Assembly (NCBI GenBank): GCA_030264375.1 | Contig: JASCQW010000162.1 | Coordinates: forward strand, 54,835,460 to 54,899,459 | DNA: 64,000 bases | DNA from: Carcharhinus longimanus | Lineage: Eukaryota | Direction: 5' to 3' | Shown here: positions 1 through 10,862 of the stretch, one piece after another | Layout of the letters: each line of letters starts with the position of its first letter | Position numbering within the stretch: position 1 is the first letter of the stretch | Program-made: the position numbers and the translations under genes | Notes under the pieces: model-generated | The model's database searches: none | Told to the model about the DNA's origin: nothing | Seen by the model: only the letters and a program-made list of their open reading frames with translations

Positions 1-1181
1 CTTTTAAGAGACTTCTGGATGAGTAAATGGGACTTAATAGGATTGAGGGTTATAGGTAAGCCTAGTAGGTAGAGATATGTTCGGTGCAACTTGTGGGCCA
101 AAGGGCCTATTTGTGCTGTAGTTTTTCTATGTTCTATGTTCTCCTGCTAGAGAACTGGGTGTATTTGCAGGTGTGCTACTTACTTGCCAGAAGCAAGGTA
201 TTGCATCGAAGTGTTTGTAAGAAGTATCTGTTGTGTCTGTTAATGTAGAAGTATTTTTATTTTGATGCATTGGTTGCCTGTTAAGTAATGTTTGATCTGT
301 GGTGATTTTAGCTTATGGCAATATAAGTTTTTAAGTTCTTTCCTTCATTTGGAAATTCATTTCTTTGTAGAAGTTGTTGGTCTCTATGGGATCATAATTA
401 CCTAATTAGCTTAAATTTCTCAGTTGTCATAGTGGGATTTGAACTTGTCTTTGGATGTTTAGTCTAGAAATATAAACACTGTGCAACCATTATGTCACTG
501 TACCTTCTGAGGATGTCGCAAAGTGCTTTACAACCAATATGCCCACAAGGAATCAGAAAATCTGTTTTGGTGAAGTCAATTAAGGGATATAAATATTAGT
601 CAGGAGATTTCCACTGCTCTTTGAATAGCACTGCAAGGATCATCTACAGCCTTGAGGGTTTAATGTCTCCTAAGTATGGCAACTCTGTTAAACTGTTAAC
701 ATTCAGGATTTATAGAGTACTGTCAATGCTGTTCCAGTTGATTTAATACCATAATGTTACTATTTTGTTTTTACATCACACTGACCATCTTAAATATAAA
801 TGGATAAGTTGAAAACTAAGTGTGATTTGAAAAGGCATAAAAGTAAATGATCAATGCCATTTTCAATGATTCGAACAAGATTATTAAATACTCAGATTCC
901 CATTAATTGTAGTGATAATGTTGATGCATGGATCTTTCAAGATATTATGACGTGTTGCTATCAGAGACTTGAAACTTAAACTAACCTATCCAACTGGATT
1001 CAGGTTAGGCATCCGATTTGCAACATGCCTGAAGCATTAAAATGGATATATGACGCAATCTGGCCGGCTCCTATTCGGGTGGATTAAATTACAGTTGGAG
1101 CTCAACAATATTCAAGTCTCCACTCAAATTTATTAGAGTCTGTCCTTTTCACCAATCTTGTATTTTTTTGCTTATTATTGA

Positions 1182-1414
1182 TTTATTTCATTGAGTTGGT
1201 AAGAGATTTTACTGAAATACTCTTGACAGTGATGGAATCAGATATTTACTGATTTAACACATAAATNNNTTGCCCATCAATTCAGCCAGAGAAAATAATT
1301 TACTACTTTTTTTATTTTGTAGCTAATTCTTGCTGCATGTTGTGGGGATTCCAGATAGTGTCATTTGCAAAGAATGAATGGACACTTGTAGTAATAAAGA
1401 AAATTCTATTTATT
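1182..1414 (-). terminator. Candidate PCCB polyadenylation signals (AATAAA)
   Basis: TTTATT on the + strand at 1409-1414, 1311-1316 and 1182-1187, downstream of the stop codon; which one is used is unknown. Confidence 0.5.
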
Positions 1415-1433
1415 AGTTTGTCATGTTTGAATT

Positions 1434-1555
1434 TTACAGAGGAATATTGCCATGTTTTTTCCAGGGGTTTGTCTGTTTCTTGTTTGCCAGCATTTCGAGG
1501 TCTCGACAAATACGCATTCTAGTGGTTGCTGGTTCGATTATGTCATCAACAAAAC
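1434..1555 (-). CDS. PCCB: PCCB exon 15 (last coding exon)
   Basis: (G)[39 protein letters not shown] ending in TAA at 1436-1434; the C-terminal KHxNIPL is typical of PCCB. Confidence 0.97.
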
Positions 1556-2912
1556 CTGCGTGGACACATGACCAGATTAGACCAGTTTTTGCAGACTGAA
1601 TTCATGAGTCAAGCATAAAAACATCTGCCTGATCTATTAACTGCCCTAAACTTGGGGAAAATGGTGAAACAGCAAACCATGAGTTACGTGTAGCATTGTT
1701 AATGCAGCACTATACCCTATAATTTAAAATCTTTTTTATTTACCTCCCTATGCTGTTTCCCTCGTCTGTGCTCTCTGCAAGCAGGGTTTAGGAAAGGAAG
1801 TGCGCGCAAAAGAGGTGCTTCAAAATGGTACTGAGCAGGTCATGTGACACATCCCTAGTGCAACACAACACTTAATAACACAAATCCCAATGCTAACTGC
1901 ACATACCAGTCCTCTTAGTACTACATTTACTAAGTCACTGTTATAAGATAACCCGTGCAGAGGTACTGTTTTTTATAACCAAACTCAAATTCGAAGTTTT
2001 TTTCCCAGTGCTAAATATCTTAACCGGAGACAGAATGCCTGGAAGGAAACAAACTTTTACTATATAGAAGTTATTTATTTTGACTCCTTTTGAATAACGA
2101 ATAACTAGGTTTGAATTCCGATTTACCCTGCCTTAAGTTAGCCTTCTGGTTTTCTTTCAAGGCGAGGTTATCAAAGTGCTCATGATTCATTCTGGTACGA
2201 GGGAAATCAAGCAATTTTTCTACCATTAAAATAAAAGCAGAAAATGCTGAAGCTGTTGGAAATTGAAATAAAAATGAAGTGCTGGAATACTCAGCAACAT
2301 CTTTGGACAAAAACCATTCAAATTGAATTTGAATTGTTTTTGGAATTACCAGTATTATTGTTTGTACTGATGAACCAGCTAGATGTTAAATTTGTAATTC
2401 TTCAGCCAGTTGGCAATCTCCACATCAGCCTGGTGTAGGGCAGTGAGACCACCACTGAAGGACAGATCAAGGTCAGGGCACACGTCATTATATTAATCAT
2501 GGTTGGTGCTTCTCCACCATTGCACTGGGGCAAGTTATGGTATCCCCAAGTATGTTGTGACAGGGTCTGACGATACTCCAAACCTGCTGAGTATTTCCAG
2601 CAGTTTGTTTTTTACCTGCTATCATTATTGGATTTCAAAAGACTTCTCGCCATGACTGGAACTCTTGACTGTAAAAGGTGAAGGTGGGAGGAACACACCA
2701 GTCTTGCCTGCTCTGCCCATGTTCTATAATGTGGCTGAGCTTTGTAGGCATAATTCTATATCCTTGCATTAAGTCATATTACTGTGCTGCTTCCCATTAT
2801 TATGTTGATTTAAAATCCTGAATTTTAAATCAAATTGGGAGCTTTGCAGCCCTCAGTAGGATATTTAAAATATTTTTAAAAGTGAAACACATATCCTTTC
2901 TATGGCACTTGC

Positions 2913-3012
2913 CTCTCACAGCTGCTGGGAATGGATTTGCAAATGTCTCCACATATTCTGCCTCTGCCTCGACTTCGTTCCCTTTCCCTTTAAAGATAAT
3001 CTGCACAGCACC
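2913..3012 (-). CDS. PCCB: PCCB exon 14 (functional copy, GC donor)
   Basis: [33 protein letters not shown](G); 100 nt keeps the frame with exon 15; donor GAG|GCAAGT. Confidence 0.93.
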
Positions 3013-3409
3013 CTTTAAAAGAAAAATGTCAAACAATGAAAGACCCAACTTTACAATAACATCTTGTATGGAGGAATTCATTTCACATGCAAAAAAATTA
3101 AATAAAACTGGATGGCTACTCATGAGGTATTGTTTATGTTTAGCCCCATAGCTCATCAACTCAGTCTGTTTGATCCCTCATTATTGTGCAATCCTTTGGC
3201 ATTCCCACTTTTTCCATTCACCTGTCAGGAATTTTAGATATCACTCCCAAAACCCTTGCTGCAACACAGTAACTCCTAAATTCTGAGAAAATCACAGGAG
3301 AAATTTCTCATTTCCTGGGACAGAAATTGTAAACTTCCTCTCCTTTCTGGTGTAAGCTGAACAAAGTATCAAAACAATTTGTTCTTTTCTAGCTAATACA
3401 TATGGTCAC

Positions 3410-3572
3410 AAATCAAAGCAGACTTTGCAGCCCTAAGCAGAATATTTAAAATATTTTTGAAAGTGCATAACATATTCTATGGTACTTACCTCACAGCTGC
3501 TGGGAATGGATTTGCAAATGTCTCCACATATTCTACCTCCGCCTCGACTTCATTCCCTTTAAAGATAATCTG
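3410..3572 (-). pseudogene. Duplicated, frameshifted pseudo-exon copy of PCCB exon 14 with downstream intron flank
   Basis: Near-identical to 2828-3003; reads [26 protein letters not shown]; lacks the GAV codons, has 6-nt and 2-nt deletions, donor AG|GTAAGT. Confidence 0.9.
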
Positions 3573-4049
3573 TCTTTATTACATTCTAATAAAGTGAGCC
3601 AGCCACACTAAGGATCAAATCTAGACCTGCTGCATTGCTGATAAGTCTTGAGTTAAGCAGAAGAAAATGTAGGAGGGCAGACTGTAAGCCTGGAAAGGCA
3701 TCTTTCCCTACCCTTCAATGTTTAGATTACTGGTTAGGCTGCAATCGAACTGAACAAACTAGCTGGAGCTTGCATGACCCCAGTCTCTCTTGATTTTTGA
3801 GCAGGATGATGAATTTGTATTTAAATTGATCAAAAACTGATTTTCCTTCAGGATAAGGTTGTTCATTTCACTTCATGTTTGTCCTAGGTTCAAGCAATTT
3901 AAACTTCATGCCACTAAACTGCAGTCTCTGCAAATTGCCCCACACCCCATCTCATGTAGAGAAAGGCCAGCTATTCGTTTGACTTCTAGGACATACATAT
4001 CCACAGGGGCAACTATGAATATGATCAGAAATGCATAGGTGTCACTTGC

Positions 4050-4148
4050 CTTAGCGCCCATAACTGCAACTTCAGCTGTTGGCCAAGCATAGTTCAAATC
4101 ACCTCTCAGGTGTTTGGAGCTCATCACATCATATGCACCACCATAGGC
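4050..4148 (-). CDS. PCCB: PCCB exon 13 (GC donor)
   Basis: [33 protein letters not shown]; 99 nt; followed by AAG|GCAAGT, a non-canonical GC donor. Confidence 0.95.
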
Positions 4149-4699
4149 CTACCAAGAAAAGCATTTCATATACAGTAGTCAATGAAAAAGTCAGAAATTT
4201 TCTTCACAATAATTAGGACTATTTTTGGACGGCCTAAATGTGTTACTTCACCATTGGCTTTGAAAGGACCTGGTGGCAGACCAAATCTGTTCATCAAAAT
4301 ATTGTCCACAAGTTTCAGTAGCAATCTGCAGCTGAGATAGTCAACACAATAGCTATTCTCCTCTGACATACATGTTAGATGTAATGAATTATTTGCACCA
4401 TTTGTTTGGTGTTTCACTTCTATTCAGGTTGAGGATAATGCTGAAGGCGGCAAATTACAAGATAAATTTGCATCTACTCTGTCTCAGCAATGTAAATCAG
4501 TCTCAAACAATCAGATCAGCCAAAAGCAGGGTTAACTCATGATTAGCAGGACATTTTTTTTACACTTATTGGAGAAACATTTCTTTGTAGTAGCAAATCT
4601 GTTTTCTCCCAATCCATTTTGTATAATCATATACAGTTGCGACATCTTCAATTCATGGCACTTCTATTCAAAATGTAAAATTATTACATGGGATCAATC

Positions 4700-5290
4700 C
4701 TCTCTCCTCCCCAAGCACTCCTTTTAGGTGAAGCAGTGATTTTCATGTATTAACTTCAATTTCGTATACTGTATTTGCTGCTCATAATGTGGTCTCCTCT
4801 ACAATGGGGAGACCAAGTACAGATTGGGTGACTGTTTTGCAGGATACCATTCAGCCTGCAAGCATGACTCCAAGTTTCCTATTGCTTGTCATTTTAATTC
4901 TCCACTTTGCCCTCATGGTGACAATTCTGTCCTTGGCCTGTTACATTGTTTCAATGAAGCTCAGTGAAAGCTTGAGAACAATACTTCATCTTCCAATCAG
5001 GCACTGGACAGCCTTTCAGAAGGTAAACTCTGTCTCCTCCAATTCTGTTTCCTTTTCTTGGAATATTTTGGTTTTTCTCAGCTTTCAGACAGCAGCACAC
5101 TTGCTCCATGTATCTTTTTTCTTGCCCCTTCATCATTCCCTCTGGGTCTGTAAGACTAACTCTTGTCACTTAATCCTCCTGTACTCCTTTCTCCTGCCTT
5201 TCCCACCCACCCCTTGCTCAAAATTCTGGGTTTTATCCATCTCTACTTTTCCCAGTTCTTATGAAAGTTCATCAGCTTGAAATGTTAATC
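4700..5290 (+). mobile_element. Penelope-like element remnant (GIY-YIG endonuclease and 3' region)
   Basis: VYCICCS*CGLLYNGETKYRLGDCF and EQYFIFQSGTGQP resemble the PLE GIY-YIG domain; decayed hammerhead-like motif at 5258-5286. Confidence 0.75.
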
Positions 5291-6249
5291 TTGAATCAAC
5301 AGAACTTGCACAGAAAACTGGACAACTATTCACATTACTTAATAAATTCAGTGTTGCTTTAAAAACCAACATTACTCCAACCACCAAGTACATGGAGCAT
5401 ATCCTAATTTGATCCATTCCATGCACTCACTCCAGTTTACAACACAAAATGACTTAAAATTAGTTTGCCATAAACTACTTTGGCTTGTCTCCCATGGAAA
5501 CTATAAACTGTTCATCAGGTAGCGTGTAAACATCTCAAAGAACAAGGGCAGCAGATGCATAGGAACACCACAACTTGCAAGTTCACCATCAAGCCAAACA
5601 CTATCCTGACTTGGAACTGTTATCCCCGTTCCTTCTCTGTTGCTGGATCAAAATCTTGGAACTCTCTTCCTAACAGCCTTGTGGGTGTACCTATCCCACA
5701 TGGAAGGCAGCAGCTCACCATTATCTTAAGGGCAATTACAGATGGGCAATAAATGCTGGTTGAGCAAGCATCATCCACATTACATGAAAGATTTTTTTCA
5801 AAGAAGACAGGGTAGAATTAATATGACTAAGAGCACTTGAGGACCAAATAAAGTCAAGATCTGGGTATCCCAGATCTACCGCACCAATGCAAAAGCTTTT
5901 GTTTTCTTCCAAATAAGCAAGTTGTGTGTTTGGAGCCTCGGTGCACCAAGATGACAATTTAGACAACCCACCTATTACATCTACCAGAGCAGAGTTTCAA
6001 CATATACACTGGGACAGACTTGAACCTCTGTCCCAGATGTAAAGAAACAAGGTTTAATTCACTATCAAGTTCTTCCTACTACAGTCTTGTAAATTTTCAG
6101 TTAAATATGCGTAATAAAATGATCATTGGTGCAGAAACTGTATTCTTTGAGACTTCACTTCAATTCTGAGAGCTTTGAGTATCAATTGCAGGCCCGAATG
6201 ACCAGGTAGAGTTTATTCTGAGTAGAAGTTCAGTAGTCACACCCCTCAC

Positions 6250-6350
6250 CTTTCGTGTGATCACTGTAATTTTGGGCACTGTAGCCTCAGCGAATGCGTA
6301 GAGCAACTTTGCACCATGTCTGATGATTCCACCATATTCCTGGCTAGTTC
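6250..6350 (-). CDS. PCCB: PCCB exon 12
   Basis: (G)[33 protein letters not shown]; AG/GT flanks; 101 nt. Confidence 0.97.
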
Positions 6351-7914
6351 CTGCATAGTTACATGAAAAAAATATAGCTGATAAATCCAGAAATAAATGT
6401 CACCCGTCTGCGTCAAACAAAAAAAAAGGATAATGGCCCAAATTTTGCAGTCAGCAACAAATGAATGGTGCTCCACTTGCCCACACTTGCTTTTACATTG
6501 AAATCTGGTTATTAGAAAGCTTTTCAGTGCATCAGTTGCTACAGAGGATCCAGGACTGATATAAACAGCAAATACAACTGGGCATCTCCTTAACCAATCA
6601 CACTGAAGGATTCTTATTGAGGCACAGATTCTAAACCAGGAACTGTAAGTTAGAATACAATGGTTATAATTTAATATTGAATAATGCACAGAGAAAAATA
6701 AAGAGAAAGAAAGATGGGATTAAGAGATGAGACAAATTTTTTAAAAAATCTTCAACAATAATTAAAATTTGAAGAAATTAAACATCTACAAAAAAATGCC
6801 AACGCCAAGGGATTGTTTGGCAGTAATCAAGACTTAGTGCAGCATTATAGTGTTATATTGAGGATTCTGGAGGAGTAGTGCAACACCGACAGGAATGTCC
6901 TGATTTCCACATTTAATTATGACTGTATGGTCAATAAAGAACTCTAATATCACTTTTTAGTACAAAATCCAGGCCAATGTTTCAGATGGAGAACGTTATT
7001 CAAAAATCGCAAAAGGATTTCCCTCAAAATTGTTCATTCTTTTCTCGCATTCAGTTGCATGGGATGTACATTTCCAGTTTATGACAACACACACCAGGCA
7101 AGTGGANNNNNNNNNNNNNNNNNNNNNNNNNNNNNNNNNNNNNNNNNNNNNNNNNNNNNNNNNNNNNNNNNNNNNNNNNNNNNNNNNNNNNACAGCAGTA
7201 TGCACCAAATACTAACATCATGTCAAGGATTAAGTGTCACCAGAACAGAAGATGTGCAGCACCCAAGATGACCCAGTTTATAAAGAGAATGCACCTGGCC
7301 AAAAGTTGGGGAAAAAAGTCCAAAGAGGCTTGGCACAGTTTCAGCCAGTCCAATACAACGTTACAGTAATGCAGTTCTTTACTGGTATTTTATGTCATGA
7401 GTTAACACATTCATTCTACAGACAGAGTTATGTACTGCAGGTAAGCAACCTAGGATTAGTGTAATATGAGTAAACTGCTTATTGGCAATGAGAAGAAAGG
7501 TACCTTTGAATAAAAAAAGCACTGAATAAGCTGTCCACAATTCAAGACTGAATGCCAATAGGCAGAATAAATTAATTATTGAAGTAACACTCAGTTACTT
7601 AGCATCCTAGTTATTGCTAACTGTCTGAATAGTAAAACATTAGTCACTTACTCACAAGTACTACAATACAAGCAAGGGAGTTGCTCCCAAATTTGTACAT
7701 TACAGCAAAGAAAATGCTGAGAAGCTCAAATGGATAATAATTAGGAGTACCAGAAACACTGCCTATGCTTCATATTGACAAGTGCATGCAAATTAACAAA
7801 TTAAAATTAAATACTGTAGCATATAATGGCTTTGGCACCACTGAATGGGAGTAATTATTTGGAACCACTGCCAAACATGGACATTGTTCATGCCAGCAAG
7901 TTTATAGGTCCTAC

Positions 7915-8022
7915 CAGGCAAGAATCCAGGCACATCCACAAATGTAATGATGGGGATGTTGAACGCATCACAGAATCTGACAAAACGAGCTCCTTTTACT
8001 GAAGCATTGATGTCCAGACAAC
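7915..8022 (-). CDS. PCCB: PCCB exon 11
   Basis: (G)[35 protein letters not shown](G); AG/GT flanks; 108 nt. Confidence 0.97.
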
Positions 8023-8764
8023 CTAAAAACAAAACAAAATTACTCTCTTTACTCCCTATTCTTGGCAAAGTTGAAAATCCTCAGTGAATGGCAGGATACC
8101 ACAAATGAATTAACAGGAAAGTAAGAGACTTCAGAGACACTGAGGTATAAAGGAGCAGGGAACAGCAAGAGAGAGAGTTGGGAGACACAATGAGGCATAG
8201 AGGGCTTGGAGAGAGCAGAAGAGACTACGGTGACAGTGAGGTATAAAGGAGCAGGGAAGAGCACGAGAGAGACTTGGGAGACACTGAGGCTGCTGCTGCC
8301 ACCAACAGCCTATCAGAGCTCAGTAACAAAAATTACAATGTGACATTACAGGGAAGCAGATAGGTGATTATCTATTGACTATTTTCTATTTTTCTTACTT
8401 AAAACTGTGGAAATTCATGCGCAGTAATTCTAACATTTGTTTAAAATATAAGCATAAACAAGACTAGATGGATTAAAAAAATAAATAATTAAAAAACAAA
8501 CACAGTAGGTGATGTGTTGCAGCTGCAATAACAGAAGCTTGTGGATGTCAGTATGATCCAAAGTTACTATTTCTACACGAAGGGGGGAATTTTATTGTCC
8601 TGCCCACCACTCGAATTGTAACAGGATGGATCATGCCATGCAAAGGTCCGTTGAACTTGAGGCGAGCGCAGTCAGAAAATTCCACCCCAAGTGTCCGTTG
8701 CTCAAATTCATTGAGCTGGAAGCCCAGTGAGATGACATTGCAATGCATTAGGGAGTAGTAATTA

Positions 8765-9536
8765 TGATGATACTGTGTCTTTAAGAAATATATTTTTACT
8801 ATTTTTCTTGTAAGGCATCAGTTTGAAAGTCAGTCTGTATAAGGTGTCGATTTGTCTGCGCAGCAGGCAGCTCAAATGTTGAGAATACAGGATAATAACC
8901 GATTTTAGCCAATGGTGTGTTTGTCTAAACAGATTACTGCATTTATGTTTACTTAGATTTCCCTTGAGGTTTCAGAGTAAGGTTTTGATTAGGTTTATTG
9001 GAGATAGAGAGTCACATGCTAATGGGAGGAGCTAAGCTTGAGGGAATAAACACAGTTTCTCTTTTGTTTTGAAACAGTCAGTTTTCTGCCTGGCCCCGAA
9101 AGAAGCAAGATGTGTCTGTGTGTCTTGCTCTCTCTGGAGGCTGCTGTTAGAAGCTGTCGGAAGACAGGTGTCTCTTTGTGTCTCTCACTCTCTCCAGTGG
9201 TGTTCAAAAGACTCTAGCACTGTTAACAAGTACAGACACAAGCCTGAGGGTTGCTAACTGATTTTGAAGCAGAGTTAAGAGAAATATTGCTTGAATTGGA
9301 ACTCTTAAGGATAGGTTAACAATTAAGAACTGTAACTTGTCATGTTTAAGTTTTGTTTAATTGGCAAATGTTAAGCTAATTAATTTGTTATAGTTACACT
9401 ATATTATTAAATAAAGTTTGTTTTCATAAAAGCTTCTTAGTGTCAACAGAATCACACCTGGAATGAAACACCTTAAACCTCACATTAATGCCAAAATAAC
9501 AATATACCTTGGGGTTTCATATCTCGTACTCTAACA
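8765..9536 (+). mobile_element. Probable solo LTR inserted in the CR1 ORF1
   Basis: About 770-bp block with TG...TAACA ends and AATAAA near 9409; ORF1-like coding sequence resumes on both sides; no clean target-site duplication. Confidence 0.5.
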
Positions 9537-10630
9537 ATGTTACCTGGATGCTTTGTTTCAGAAGGCAGTCACAGCCTTGAGGCTAGGGTCATCCAAGTTG
9601 CTCCATTATCAGGGACAGGATATGTAACTGCAAGTGAGGCAGCTTTGGGGATCCAGAAAGTAGAAGTGGCAGAGGCTTATCCCTTGCAGTTCTCCAACAG
9701 GTTTGAGATTTTTGCAGCTTGTATGGATAAAAGTTGAGGCTGCAAGGTGGATGAATGAACTGACTATGGCATTATTATACAGGAGGCCATTCAAGCAGGG
9801 ACAAATTAGAGTGTGAGTGGTAGTAGGCAACAGTATATCAGAGAGAATGGACAGTTCTCTGCAACCAAGAGTGAGAGTTCAGATGGCTATTATTTGCCCA
9901 GTGCCAGGATTCCAGACATATGCTCTGTACTGCAAAGGAACTTGCAGTAGGAGTGGGAAGGATCTGGTTGTCACGGTCCTCGCAGGTATCAAAGACACTG
10001 ATAGAATTAGGTAGGTTGTATATTGGATATATGGGAAGCTTTAGAGGCTAAATTTAAAAAGCAGAACCTCAATGATGATAACTGCTGGATTATCTCAGCC
10101 ACAAGCAAACTGGCAAAAGGTAAGAAAGATTTGGAAGTTGATTGCGTGGCTCAAGGATTGGTGTGGCAGAAAATTCAATTCATGGGAAACGGGCACCAGT
10201 ACTAAGAAAAATAAGAGCTATACTTGTGGGATGGCCTTCACATGAACAGTGTTGGAATCAGTCTTCTGGCAAGTTTTATAACTGAGGCAGTATAGAGGAC
10301 TTTAAATTTGGAATGAGGTATCACACAAGGGAAGATGTGATATATTAAAGGAAAAGAACAAGGCAAGAGAGCAAGATAGCAATCTGGCAACGGTAGTCAG
10401 AGTCAGGCAGAAAGGGACACAGCGTACAAACCTGTGACAGTAGATAGGCCAGAGTTTGCAGATAGACACAACTAATGGTTCTATCTGAATACCCATAGCA
10501 TTTGGAATGAAACAGAAGAATTAACAGCTCAAACAGAAACAAATATGTATGATCTGATAGCTATTACAGAGATGTGGCTGCAATGTGACCAATGCTAGGA
10601 TCTGAATATTCAAAGATTCAGAAGGATAAG

Positions 10631-10862
10631 ATCATAGAATGCTGACAATGCAGGAGGCGGCCATTTGGGCCATCAAGTCTGTGCTGACTCTCCGACACAT
10701 CATTTTAACCAGGCCTGACCCCACTCTACCCCTGGAATGTATTTATTCCACTAATTCCCCTAATTTACACATCTTTGGACTGTGGGAGGAAACCCATGCA
10801 GACATCCCAAGATCAGAATTGAACCCGGGTGCCTGGAGTTGAGAGACAGCAGTGCTAACCAT
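10631..10862 (-). mobile_element. tRNA-derived shark SINE (HE1-like), nested in the CR1
   Basis: RC contains TGGTTAGCACTGCTG (A box region) and CCCGGGTTCAATTC (B box), with a LINE-like tail. Confidence 0.75.
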
